Both the position numbers and the translations under genes were made by a program. A stretch of 64,000 nucleotides of DNA from Candidatus Bathyarchaeota archaeon (GTDB lineage Archaea > Thermoproteota > Bathyarchaeia > TCS64): assembly GCA_963771885.1 (NCBI GenBank), contig CAVYVF010000002.1:96001-160000 (forward strand), written 5' to 3'. The stretch's first letter is position 1. Each line of letters opens with the position of its first letter. Of the stretch, positions 29,392 through 39,233 are shown piece after piece. A model generated the notes under the pieces. It was given only the letters and a program-made list of their open reading frames with translations. It was not told the origin of the DNA and made no database searches.

Positions 29392-31712
29392 GTGCACTCG
29401 TATTCTTCGAGACATTCGGCGAGACCCTGAAGGAGAAGCTCGACGTCGACGCCCTGGAGAGGTACGCGAAGAAGATCGAGGGCGTCTACGACACCTACCA
29501 GATGCCTCTGCTCAACCAGAAGCTGATGCTCGAGAAGCTCATCGAGGTGAAGCAGAACGGCGGAAAGGATGTTTCAAGCGTCGTCGCAGTCACCGGATCA
29601 AGAGTAAGGCTCGAAAAACCCCTGCAGAGGGCGATGGAAGGCGCCGGTCTTGACCCGAACCAACTCGTCATCACGAACGTCCGCGAGCAGTGCGCCCTCG
29701 TCCATGATAGGGTGGAAGCAACTGAGAAGGCAAAGAGCCTCCTCCGCGTAGCCGTCAAGAAGGCGAGGCTCAGCACGCCCCTCGAGAGGAAGGTCGTGCA
29801 GCGCTTCAACGAGGTCCTGGTCATCGGTGGAGGCGTCGCGGGTATCCAGGCGTCACTCGACCTAGCAAAGCTCGGTGTCATGGTGCACCTAGTCGAGCGC
29901 GAGCCGACCATCGGGGGAATGATGCCACTGCTCGGTAAGACGTTTCCAGAGGATAGCTGCGCCATCTGCATCGGCGGTCCCAAGATGATGGACGTCGGCA
30001 ACGAGCCGAGCATAGAGGTGCTCGACAACAGCGAGGTCGAGGCAGTCATCAGGATGCCTGTGGGCTACCGCGTACACGTGAAGCGGAAGCCACGATACGT
30101 CGACGCGGAGAAGTGCGTAGCCTGTGGGCAGTGCACGGAGAGGTGTCCGGTTAGTGTTCCCGACCAGATAAACGGGGGCATCAACATGCGTAAGGCGGTG
30201 TACCTCCCCAACCCAAACGCCGTGCCGAGGAAGCATATCATCGACCCCGAAGCCTGCCTATACCTTACAAAGGGCAGCTGCCGCCTCTGCGAGCGCGTCT
30301 GCCCCAATCAGGCCATAAACTTCAAGGACGAGGAAAAGTACCGGGATTTTTATGTCGGCTCGATAATCGTCGCTACCGGCGTTGACAACTGGGATGCACG
30401 AAAGCACCCCAAGTATGGGGCGCAGTACCCGAATGTTATTGACCAGTTCCAGCTGGCACGTTACCTGGACGGTGAAGGGCCGACGGCAGGCATACTAACC
30501 AAGCCGAGCGATGGACAAAAGCCGAAGAAGATCGTAATGATCCAATGCGCAGGAAGCCGCGACCCTGAGATCAACCCTTGGTGCAGCCGATACTGCTGCA
30601 TGGCAGCGATGAAGCACGCCGAGGAGATCAAACTCCACCACGGTTCCGATATCGACATCACGATACTCTATAAGGACATACGCGCCGGCGGCAAGTACTA
30701 CGAGGAGTTCTATAACCGCGTAAAAACAGTGGGCATCAACTTCGTCCACGGCAACCTCGACGTCGTTAAAGAGGTCGAGGGCGGGGAGCTCATCGTCGAG
30801 TACACCGATGGGAAAGGACAGAGGACATCGACGCCTAGCGACCTAGTCGTCCTCAGCACCGGCATGGTGCCAAGCAAAGGGACGCTCGACCTCGCAGAGA
30901 GGCTCGGTATCGAGATCGGTGCCGACGGCTTCTTCAAGGAGGTGGACACGAAGGTCGCGAGCACAGTAACGAAGAGGCCGGGCATCTACCTCGCCGGGGC
31001 ATGTCACTCCCCGAAGGACATACCCGAGTCCGTCTCCCAGGCAAGCGCCGCGGCAGCGATGGCCGGACTTCACCTAATGAAGGAGGTCGATGCAAACAGG
31101 CCGATCCTGACACCGAAGGTCGACGAGGCGAGGTGCGGGCGCTGTGGTGTCTGCCCAACAGTCTGCCCATACCAGGCGATCACCATGCCCGCGGAAGGCC
31201 CCGTTCGCATAGACGAGACGCTATGTCAGAGCTGCGGTCTATGCATATCCAGCTGTCCGACGCGCGCCTTAGACAACCCGAACTTCGGCTTCGACCTCGT
31301 CGACGCCCAAGTAAAGGCGGCACTCGAAGGGCGAAAAGGGACAACTGTTGTAGGCTTCGCCTGCGCCGACTGCGGCTACAGACTGCTCGACATCGCGGGT
31401 GTCACAGGGGCCAAGTATAGTTCCTCATTTATCCCCATTTACGTCCCCTGCATGAGCACGATCAGCCTACGCCACATAGTTGGGGCCCTCGACCACGGGG
31501 CAGACGGTGTGATGCTCATCGGGTGTGTGAAGGATCGCTGTCACTTTGAGAAGGGCGTGGATCACGCCGAGGGGCAGCTTAGGTTCATGGAGAACCTCTA
31601 CGGAGAGGCGGGTATGCCAATCAGAGTGCTGAAGAGCTGCGGCTCGATGCTTGAACAGTTCCTCACCGAATTGGATGGGTTGGTCAAGCAGATTGAGGAG
31701 GCTAAGAAATGA
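29388..31712 (+). CDS. hdrA: HdrA-like flavo-Fe-S protein fused to an MvhD-like domain (copy 1, degenerate N-terminus)
   Basis: GGGVAG, QCAGSRD..CSRYCC, PKDI, four ferredoxin motifs, C-terminal FAC..C/PC/GC...C domain. Confidence 0.85.
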   Translation: MSALVFFETFGETLKEKLDVDALERYAKKIEGVYDTYQMPLLNQKLMLEKLIEVKQNGGKDVSSVVAVTGSRVRLEKPLQRAMEGAGLDPNQLVITNVREQCALVHDRVEATEKAKSLLRVAVKKARLSTPLERKVVQRFNEVLVIGGGVAGIQASLDLAKLGVMVHLVEREPTIGGMMPLLGKTFPEDSCAICIGGPKMMDVGNEPSIEVLDNSEVEAVIRMPVGYRVHVKRKPRYVDAEKCVACGQCTERCPVSVPDQINGGINMRKAVYLPNPNAVPRKHIIDPEACLYLTKGSCRLCERVCPNQAINFKDEEKYRDFYVGSIIVATGVDNWDARKHPKYGAQYPNVIDQFQLARYLDGEGPTAGILTKPSDGQKPKKIVMIQCAGSRDPEINPWCSRYCCMAAMKHAEEIKLHHGSDIDITILYKDIRAGGKYYEEFYNRVKTVGINFVHGNLDVVKEVEGGELIVEYTDGKGQRTSTPSDLVVLSTGMVPSKGTLDLAERLGIEIGADGFFKEVDTKVASTVTKRPGIYLAGACHSPKDIPESVSQASAAAAMAGLHLMKEVDANRPILTPKVDEARCGRCGVCPTVCPYQAITMPAEGPVRIDETLCQSCGLCISSCPTRALDNPNFGFDLVDAQVKAALEGRKGTTVVGFACADCGYRLLDIAGVTGAKYSSSFIPIYVPCMSTISLRHIVGALDHGADGVMLIGCVKDRCHFEKGVDHAEGQLRFMENLYGEAGMPIRVLKSCGSMLEQFLTELDGLVKQIEEAKK

Positions 31713-34123
31713 GCAACAACAAGGAAGAGCCACGCGTAGGAGTCTTCGTCTGCAGATGCGGCCTTAACGTGGCAAAGTCGGTTGATACGACGAGCCTAAA
31801 GGAGTTCGCCTCTAAGCTGCCAGGCGTTGTCTACACGGAGGAGAGCGACTTCGCCTGCAGTGACGCCGGTGTCAAGTCGATAAGTGAGGCGATTAAAGCG
31901 AACGGTGTGAACCGCGTCGTCGTCGCAGGTTGCTCCCCGTGGCTTCACGAGCCCACATTCCAGCGCATGATGGAGCGCGTCAGGCTCAATAAGTACCTTC
32001 TAGAGATCGCGAACATAAGAGAGCATTGTGCCCTCCTCTACCCCGGCCAGATACTCAAGGCGACCGAGAAGGCTAAGTTCATAGTCAAAGCCGCCGTCGA
32101 GAGGGCTAAGACACTCGAACCAGTCGAGAAGAAGAAGTTCCCCGTTAAGAAGTCCGTCCTCATTCTAGGTGGCGGAGTCGCCGGTGTCGAAGCCGCCAAG
32201 AGGATTGGGGACCTCGGAATGGAGGTGTTCCTCGTCGAGAAGACTCCCTTCCTGGGTGGGAAGGTGCTACAGCTCGGCTCTGTTTTCCCGAGTGACGACT
32301 GTGGTACGTGCGTCTCGCCGTGCGGAGATGACCTGCATCGCAGATGCTTCTATAGGAACACGATCTCCCACCACGAGCACGTCAACATCCTCACGTCAGC
32401 CGAACTCAGGAAGCTTACGGGGCACATCGGCAACTACAAGGCGACCATCGGCGTCAACCCGCGCCTCGTCAACGAGGAGCTCTGCATGGGCTGCGGGAAA
32501 TGCGCAGAGGTCTGCCCCGTCGAGGCGCCGAATGAGTTCAACTTCGGCTGGGACAAGAGGAAAGCAGTCTACATCCTGAGCGACCAGGCTCTGCCGAGGG
32601 TTTACGCGATAGACCCCGGCACATGCACGAGATGCGGCAAGTGCGCGGAGGCGTGCCCGGTAAAGGCGATTGACCTGAGCGAGCAGCCACGTGAGTTGAC
32701 TGTCGACATCGGCGCCGTTGTCGTGGCGACTGGCTTCCAGACCTTCGACCCCAAGGGCATGTACAGCTTCGGGGAGAACCCCAACATCGTCACCCAGATG
32801 CAGTTGGCGAGGATGCTCGATCAGTCCGGCCCGACTAAGGGGAAGGTAATACGCCCTGGCGATGGGCAGGAGCCCAAGCGCATCGCGATGATACAGTGCG
32901 TCGGCTCACGCGACCCCAAGGGGCATGAGTACTGCAGTAAGATATGCTGCAGCATCGCGGTGAAGCATGCGGTCGAGGTCATGGAGAAGAATCCTGAATC
33001 CGGCCTCGCAATTATCCATAAGGACATACGGTTGACCGGGAAGCACTACGAAGACTACTATTACAGGGCACAGAACTTAGGCGTCCGCCTTCTACGAGGC
33101 GAGGTCGAGGGTGTCACATCAATGCCCGATGGGTCGATACACATCGACGTGAAAGACGAGTACGGCGAGATTGTACCTCTCTACGTAGATCTTCTAGTAC
33201 TCTCGACCGGCCTTGAGCCATCCCTAGGAACCCCCGAACTGGCACAGAAGCTGGGCGTACCTCTATCCGTAGACGGCTTCTTTGCTGAGCGCGGACCGAA
33301 GATCGAGCCGCTTGATACCGCCGTCGAGGGCATCTTCATAGCGGGTACCGCACACGGACCAAAGGATATTCAGGAGAGCGTGACACAGGCACTCGGCGCG
33401 ACCGGGCGCGTAGCCTCGATGCTGATGCGTGGCGAGATGGAGATAGACCTCGCGAAGGCATGGGTGGACAAGGAGAAGTGCGTCGGCTGCGGCGCCTGCG
33501 CGAGTATTTGCCCATTCGCTGCCATCGAGTGGAGCGCCTTCGGCGAGCCTAAGGTCATTGAGGCGGCGTGCGAGGGCTGCGGTATCTGCAGCGCAGTCTG
33601 CCCAGTCTCTGCGATGCAGCTGCGCCACTACAAGGACGACCAAATCATCCCAAAGATCAAGGCGATACTGACGCCGAAATGGCTCAGCGAGGAGAAGAAG
33701 GACGAGCCCGTCATCGTCGCCTTCGCCTGCCAGTGGTGCAGCTACGCCGCCGCGGACACTGCGGGCAACATGGGGATGGAATACCCGGACAACATACGCA
33801 TAATCAGGGTTCCCTGTAGCGGGCGCATAGACGCCACGCACATCATCTCAGCCTTCAAGAACGGCGCAGATGGGGTGATTATCAGCGGCTGCCTCCCTAC
33901 TCAGTGTAACTACCTCACAGGAAACCTCGAAGCCATCGACCGCGTCGACGCAATGAAGAAGACACTAGACGTATTAGGCATCGGCGGCGAGCGCATCGAG
34001 ACAATCTTCACAAGCGCATGCATGCCGACGTGGCTAGTAATGATGTTTAAGGACTTCACGGAACGAGTGCAGATGCTAAACGAGGCCGCAAAACCGAAGC
34101 CTGAAACCGTCTCCCACGACTAG
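31709..34123 (+). CDS. hdrA: HdrA-like flavo-Fe-S protein fused to MvhD (copy 2)
   Basis: GVFVCRCG, AGCSP, QCVGSRD..CSKICC, GPKDI; MvhD motifs FACQWCSY, VPCSGR, SGC...C. Confidence 0.9.
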   Translation: MSNNKEEPRVGVFVCRCGLNVAKSVDTTSLKEFASKLPGVVYTEESDFACSDAGVKSISEAIKANGVNRVVVAGCSPWLHEPTFQRMMERVRLNKYLLEIANIREHCALLYPGQILKATEKAKFIVKAAVERAKTLEPVEKKKFPVKKSVLILGGGVAGVEAAKRIGDLGMEVFLVEKTPFLGGKVLQLGSVFPSDDCGTCVSPCGDDLHRRCFYRNTISHHEHVNILTSAELRKLTGHIGNYKATIGVNPRLVNEELCMGCGKCAEVCPVEAPNEFNFGWDKRKAVYILSDQALPRVYAIDPGTCTRCGKCAEACPVKAIDLSEQPRELTVDIGAVVVATGFQTFDPKGMYSFGENPNIVTQMQLARMLDQSGPTKGKVIRPGDGQEPKRIAMIQCVGSRDPKGHEYCSKICCSIAVKHAVEVMEKNPESGLAIIHKDIRLTGKHYEDYYYRAQNLGVRLLRGEVEGVTSMPDGSIHIDVKDEYGEIVPLYVDLLVLSTGLEPSLGTPELAQKLGVPLSVDGFFAERGPKIEPLDTAVEGIFIAGTAHGPKDIQESVTQALGATGRVASMLMRGEMEIDLAKAWVDKEKCVGCGACASICPFAAIEWSAFGEPKVIEAACEGCGICSAVCPVSAMQLRHYKDDQIIPKIKAILTPKWLSEEKKDEPVIVAFACQWCSYAAADTAGNMGMEYPDNIRIIRVPCSGRIDATHIISAFKNGADGVIISGCLPTQCNYLTGNLEAIDRVDAMKKTLDVLGIGGERIETIFTSACMPTWLVMMFKDFTERVQMLNEAAKPKPETVSHD

Positions 34124-34133
34124 TTAGTAAAAA

Positions 34134-34361
34134 TCACGCGGATATCAGACAGGTCATCGTCGAGACGACGCCCGGCATATTTCTGATGTCCATGACCATC
34201 TTCTTTATCCCCATCGTCGAAGGGTCCTGACAGAGTGTGTATATGTCATATGGACCGTAGATCATGTTTGCCTCTACCACGCCGGGGAACATCTTGATCT
34301 TGTTGTACAAGTTGGTGTCCACCTGCGACTTCGACTTCACCAGGACCAAGGCCTTCTGCAT
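34134..34361 (-). CDS. Stand-alone Lrp/AsnC ligand-binding domain protein
   Basis: About 75 aa; ALVLV, YGPYDI and GVVSTMT; no HTH. Confidence 0.85.
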   Translation of the reverse strand: MQKALVLVKSKSQVDTNLYNKIKMFPGVVEANMIYGPYDIYTLCQDPSTMGIKKMVMDIRNMPGVVSTMTCLISA

Positions 34362-34561
34362 ATAGATCAATAAAGTAATTACAATAATTAATATAAATGC
34401 TTACATCAGCCCTGGGTTTGAACGTATCCGCTAATAATATCTTAAATATCTTATAATGCCTAAGAAAAAATAATGTTATCGGATATATGCCGAGAGTATT
34501 AGCTTTTAGAGTTATCTGGATAAATTTAAATCGCATGTTGACGAGTTTATCTACGATTGTC

Positions 34562-34795
34562 ATGGAACAGGCTCTCATCCTCGTTGTACTGGCGCCCACG
34601 TTCAAGTCAGAGACGCTTGAGAAGATACGCACGATACCCGGCGTAGCCATGGCTCATCTCCTCTATGGGCCATACGATCTCTTCGCGACGATTAAGGTTG
34701 AGACTCTCAACGAGATGAGGGCTGCCGTTTTAAAGATCCGCGAGACCGAAGGCATAAGGTCTACGATAACCTGCAACGTCATCAAGCAACCTTAA
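34562..34795 (+). CDS. Stand-alone Lrp/AsnC ligand-binding domain protein
   Basis: ALILV, YGPYDL and GIRSTIT; ATG at 34562. Confidence 0.85.
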   Translation: MEQALILVVLAPTFKSETLEKIRTIPGVAMAHLLYGPYDLFATIKVETLNEMRAAVLKIRETEGIRSTITCNVIKQP

Positions 34796-34843
34796 TTTTT
34801 TTACGTTTCTAATACCAATTCGCGTTTCGGGCATGATCTCAGC

Positions 34844-35191
34844 ATGACAGAGACTATCTTCTACGAGCGGAGGGAGGCAAGGTTCGAGTCTTTCCCCGCG
34901 GAAAACTACGTCGACTATATGACTAACGTTATGCCCATTCCTGAAAAACACTTTTTCTATCTTCCAAATAGGGGAAAGGTGATCACATGTGAAGTTAGAG
35001 CAGACGAAAGAGGGGGAAAAAATCTTGTGTGGGCGGTTGAAGAATTTGATGAAGTCGCCGTAGCCTCATTGATAAACGTGGACACTCGTAAGATCGACGA
35101 GATTTTGGCGGTTCTAATTGAGGGTGAGGCGTCTCGTCCCTGTGACTTGTGCGAAGAAGTCTTGGGTAGCCATCTGAATTTTTATCAATAA
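34844..35191 (+). CDS. Hypothetical protein with C-terminal CxxC
   Basis: Open frame filling the gap between Lrp genes; PCDLC. Confidence 0.55.
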   Translation: MTETIFYERREARFESFPAENYVDYMTNVMPIPEKHFFYLPNRGKVITCEVRADERGGKNLVWAVEEFDEVAVASLINVDTRKIDEILAVLIEGEASRPCDLCEEVLGSHLNFYQ

Positions 35192-35231
35192 TCGCATCAG
35201 AAAAGGAAGGGTGATAAGAAACAGCTGGTTT

Positions 35232-35468
35232 CTAGCCTACAATCAACAGAGTCGTTGTTGAGACCACGGAGGGGTATCCTCTCAGCTCCATAACCAGCTT
35301 GGTCATCTCAAGGGACTTGGAGACCTCGGCGATGAGGTAGACGTCGAACTCTCCGAACGTCATACCCGCCTCTTTGACCTCCGCCCTCTGCTTGACCCTG
35401 TTGAGCACTTCCTCTATGCAGTCCTCGCCTAGGCACTCGACTTTGAGTAGAATCAGGGCTTTTTCCAA
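35232..35468 (-). CDS. Stand-alone Lrp/AsnC ligand-binding domain protein
   Basis: ALILL, FGEFDV and SVVSTTT. Confidence 0.85.
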   Translation of the reverse strand: MEKALILLKVECLGEDCIEEVLNRVKQRAEVKEAGMTFGEFDVYLIAEVSKSLEMTKLVMELRGYPSVVSTTTLLIVG

Positions 35469-35516
35469 TGATGATCAATACTAGTAAGGATACTAAATAT
35501 TTAAGGCTGTTTTTGG

Positions 35517-36920
35517 TTAGGCGTGGTTTTGTTTCTTCGCTATGATCAACTCATGTATCGCCTTCGCCGCCTTCTTCCCCGCGCCCATAGCGCTGATTAC
35601 TGTTGCGGCGCCGCTGACAACGTCGCCTCCCGCGTACACGCCTGGTATCGCTGTCTGCATGGTTTCCTCGTTGACGACGATTGTTCCGTGACGCGTCGTT
35701 TGTAGCCCTTCGGTGGTCTGCTGGATGATGGGGTTCGGAGACTGCCCTATCGCTATCACTGCGGTGTCGATCTCTAGCATGAAGTTGCTTCCCTCGATTG
35801 GTTCGGGTCTACGCCTTCCAGACTGGTCAGGCTCGCTTAGGCGCTGCTTTACGCACTCAACTTTTTCTAGGAACCCGCGCTCGTTTCCGATGAACCGGAT
35901 TGGGTTGGTAAGGAGCATGAACTCTATGCCCTCCTCTTCGGCGTTCTCGACCTCCTCGGCTCTGGCAGGCATCTCGTCTTTGCTTCTGCGGTAGATTATG
36001 TAGACCTTTTCGGCGCCGAGGCGCAGTGCGCATCGGGCGGAGTCCATCGCGACGTTGCCAGCGCCGACGACTCCCACCTTCTTACCCACCCTGATCGGTG
36101 TGTCGTACTCAGGGAACCTGTAGGCCTTCATTAGGTTCGTGCGGATGAGGAACTCGTTTGCCGAGTATATCCCCTTCAGGTTCTCCCCGGGTACTCGGAG
36201 GAAGTTTGGTAACCCTGCCCCGGAGCCTACGAATACTGCGTCGTAACCGCCGTCCTTTAGTTCCTGGATGGTTGTGAGGAGGCCGACCGTGGAGTCTAAG
36301 CGCAACTCCACGCCGAGGCTCTTCACATACTCCACCTCGTTTTGCACTATCTCCTTTGGGAGCCTGAACTGTGGGATGCCGTACATGAGTACTCCGCCGG
36401 CTGTGTGCAGCGACTCGAACATCGTGACGCTGTGGCCGAGCTTGGCGAGGTCAGCCGCGACGGTCAAGCCTGCGGGGCCAGAACCAACGACCGCCACCTT
36501 TCCCCCGTTAACAGCAATATTTGATCTCTCCAGCTTAGTGTTTAGCCTCTCCCAGTCCGATGCGTATCTCTCGATGCGCCCTATTCCGACGGGGTCTCCT
36601 CTGACTCCAAGCACACAGAACTTTTGGCACTGCTCCTCCTGCGGGCAGACCCTGCCACATACTGCGGGAAGGGCGTTCTTCTCCTTGATCTTCCTCGCTG
36701 CGTCGCCGAACTTTCGTTCCTTTACTAGTTGAATGAACTCGGGGATTGGCACCTCGACGGGGCACCCCTTCTTGCACTGTGGCTTGGGGCAGTTGAGGCA
36801 CCTCGCCGCTTCATCGAGGGCGAGCTGCTCATCGAACCCGAGCGCGACCTCGTCGAAGTTATGGATCCTCTTCTCGACGCCCTGCTTCGGCATCTCGCTC
36901 TGTGGCTTCTTGTGCGCCAT
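35517..36920 (-). CDS. nfnB: NfnB/SudA (NADPH-dependent glutamate synthase beta-like) large subunit
   Basis: RCLNC....C...CP, GRVCPQEEQC, IER, GSGPAG, GIPQFRLP, GAGNVAMD and YRR motifs. Confidence 0.9.
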   Translation of the reverse strand: MAHKKPQSEMPKQGVEKRIHNFDEVALGFDEQLALDEAARCLNCPKPQCKKGCPVEVPIPEFIQLVKERKFGDAARKIKEKNALPAVCGRVCPQEEQCQKFCVLGVRGDPVGIGRIERYASDWERLNTKLERSNIAVNGGKVAVVGSGPAGLTVAADLAKLGHSVTMFESLHTAGGVLMYGIPQFRLPKEIVQNEVEYVKSLGVELRLDSTVGLLTTIQELKDGGYDAVFVGSGAGLPNFLRVPGENLKGIYSANEFLIRTNLMKAYRFPEYDTPIRVGKKVGVVGAGNVAMDSARCALRLGAEKVYIIYRRSKDEMPARAEEVENAEEEGIEFMLLTNPIRFIGNERGFLEKVECVKQRLSEPDQSGRRRPEPIEGSNFMLEIDTAVIAIGQSPNPIIQQTTEGLQTTRHGTIVVNEETMQTAIPGVYAGGDVVSGAATVISAMGAGKKAAKAIHELIIAKKQNHA

Positions 36921-36921
36921 C

Positions 36922-37741
36922 TCAGTCTCCTCCGTCAAACAACACCATCGCGATCTTCTCGCTTGGGTTGTAGAATCTCATTCTGTTGATCAGCTCCTCG
37001 TAGTTGACCTTGTGTCCGTCGAAGTCGGGTCCGTGCACGCAGGCGAACTTGGTCTCGTTTCCCACGCTGACCCTGCAAGCGCCGCACATGCCCGTTCCAT
37101 CGACCATAATGGGGAAGAGGTTCACCGTCGTGGGGATGCCATACGGTTTGGTCATCTCGGAGACGACCATCTGCATGCTAGTCGGTCCAATTGTCATCGC
37201 CTGAGCGAACTTTTTCTCGGCGAGTATCTTGCCGAGGAAGTTTAGGCCCTCCTCGCCCTCGGATCCGTCGTCCGTTGCGACGTGGAGCTCATCGCTGTAC
37301 TTTCTCAGTTCGTCGACAAGTATTAGGTGTTCCTTGCTTCTCGCACCAATGACAGTTGTTATTCTATTCCCAGCGTTTCTTCAACGCCTTCATTTGGTAT
37401 AGTAAAGCCCCCGCCATCACGCCTCCGCCGACGCACAGCACGTCGCCGTATTGTCGGATCTTCGTGGCGTTTCCTAGTGGGCCCGAGAAGTTCAGGATTG
37501 AGTCGCCTTCGTTCAGATTCCCTAGTTGAGTCGAGGATTTACCCACCTCGGCGAAGATGATGGTTACTAAGCCCTTTTCTGGGTTCGCGTCCGCGATTGT
37601 TATCGGGAACCTCTCCCCTTTCTCGTGGACGCGCACTATGACGAACTGCCCGGGCTTGGACTTTGCCGCAACAGCTGGTGCATGGACGTCGAATAGCTTG
37701 ATGTTCGATGCCAGTTTATCCTTCCGCACTATACCGTACAT
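36922..37741 (-). CDS. nfnA: NfnA/SudB small subunit, split by a +1 frameshift near 37377
   Basis: KPGQF..VR...GERFPITI, GPLG, VGGG, then MVDGTGMCGACRV...CVHGP. Removing one A joins the halves (KNAGNRITTVIGAR). Confidence 0.88.
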
Positions 37742-37882
37742 GAAGGGATCACAGTACATAGGGTCAATACTATAAAAACTTGTACATGTTGTATTTATTA
37801 TCCGTTAGTGTTCATTGAATGGAAAAACATGTGCAGGTAAAATGATTGTTTAGTTAAATGAAAAAAGATGAAATACGGGGGT

Positions 37883-39233
37883 TTAAGCGTAGACGCCTTG
37901 GGCGATCATCGCGTCGGCTACCTTGAGGAAGCCTGCGATGTTTGCGCCCATGACGTAGTCGCCGGGTTTGCCGAAGAGCTTTGCAGTGTCGTATGCGTTC
38001 TTGTGGATGTTGATCATGATGCCGTGTAGCTTCTGATCAACTTCCTCGAAGCTCCAGAAGTAGCGCTGGCTGTTCTGGACCATCTCGAGGCCACTTGTGG
38101 CTACGCCGCCTGCGTTGCTGGCCTTGCCGGGTGCGTATAGCACGCCACCTTCCTGGAGGACCTTGATTGCCTCTAAGCGTGCATGGCATGTTTGCGCCCT
38201 CGGTGACTGCCTTGCAGCCGTTATCGATGAGCTTCTTGGCGTCCTTATCGTTCAGCTCGTTCTGAGTCGCGCAGGGGTACGCGAGGTCACATTTGACGCC
38301 CCATGGGGTCTTCTTAGCCTCGTATGTAGCGCCCTTGAACTTCTCGGCATACTCGCTGATGCGGCCCCTCTTGACGTTCTTGAGCTCGAGTACGAAGGCG
38401 AGCTTTTTCTCGTCGATGCCGGCTGGGTCGTAGATGTAGCCGTCGGAGTCGCTTAGAGTGACTGGCTTAGCGCCGAGCTGGATGAGTTTCTGTACCGCGT
38501 ACTGTGCGACGTTTCCGGAGCCGGAGACGACCGCGACCTTACCCTTTAGGGATTCCTTCTTGGTCTTCATCATCTCCTCGCTGAAGTAGACTGCACCATA
38601 GCCGGTCGCCTCAGTCCTCGCAAGGCTGCCACCGAAGGTTAGGCCCTTGCCGGTGAGTACGCATGTGCCGTGGTTGTTCGTGATCTTGCGGTATGCGCCG
38701 TACATGTAGCCGATCTCTCGTCCGCCAACACCAATGTCGCCGGCGGGAACGTCGACGAACTGGCCGACGTGCCTGTAGATCTCTGCCATGAAGCTTGTAC
38801 AGAAAGACTCTACTTCTGCGTCAGTCTTGCCCTTGGGGTCAAAGTCAGAACCGCCCTTCGCACCACCCATTGGTAGGGTGGTGAGGCTGTTCTTGAAGGT
38901 CTGCTCGAATCCGAGGAACTTCATAACGCCTAGGTTGACTGTGGGGTGGAACCTGAAGCCGCCCTTGTATGGGCCGATCGCTGAGTTGTACTGCACACGG
39001 TAGCCGCGGTTGACCTGGATCTTCCCATCCTTGTCCTTCCAAGGAACACGGAACTGGATGATCCTCTCTGGCTCAACCATGCGCTCAAGAATGGCGTTCT
39101 CCTGGTACTTAGGGAACTTCTTGATCGCGGGCTCGATGGTCGCCAGAACCTCATAGGCTGCCTGGTGGAACTCCTTCTGCAGGGGATCCTTCTCAACGAG
39201 GCTCTTGTAGATGCTCTCAATATACTTATCCAA
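37883..39233 (-). CDS. gdhA: NADP-specific-type glutamate dehydrogenase, split by a +1 frameshift near 38175
   Basis: GPYKGG.RFH, GGAKGG, DVPAGD, SGSGNVA and EGANMP motifs, then APGKASNAGGVATS in the next frame. Confidence 0.92.

Noticed and set aside
27125..34123. Evidence for methanogenesis
   Set aside because: No hdrBC, mcr or mtr here, and HdrA-Mvh modules are common in non-methanogens.
35517..36920. Glutamate synthase small subunit
   Set aside because: Paired with nfnA/sudB, with no gltB large subunit in the window; NfnAB is the better call.
9290..38180. Frameshifts in the CoA-transferase (about 9293), MFS (about 9832), oxidoreductase alpha (about 25958), nfnA (about 37377) and gdh (about 38175) as pseudogenes or programmed frameshifting
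   Set aside because: Each is a single-base indel in a 2-3 nt run, with no slippery heptamer and no other decay. This pattern is typical of sequencing or assembly error; read pileups would settle it.
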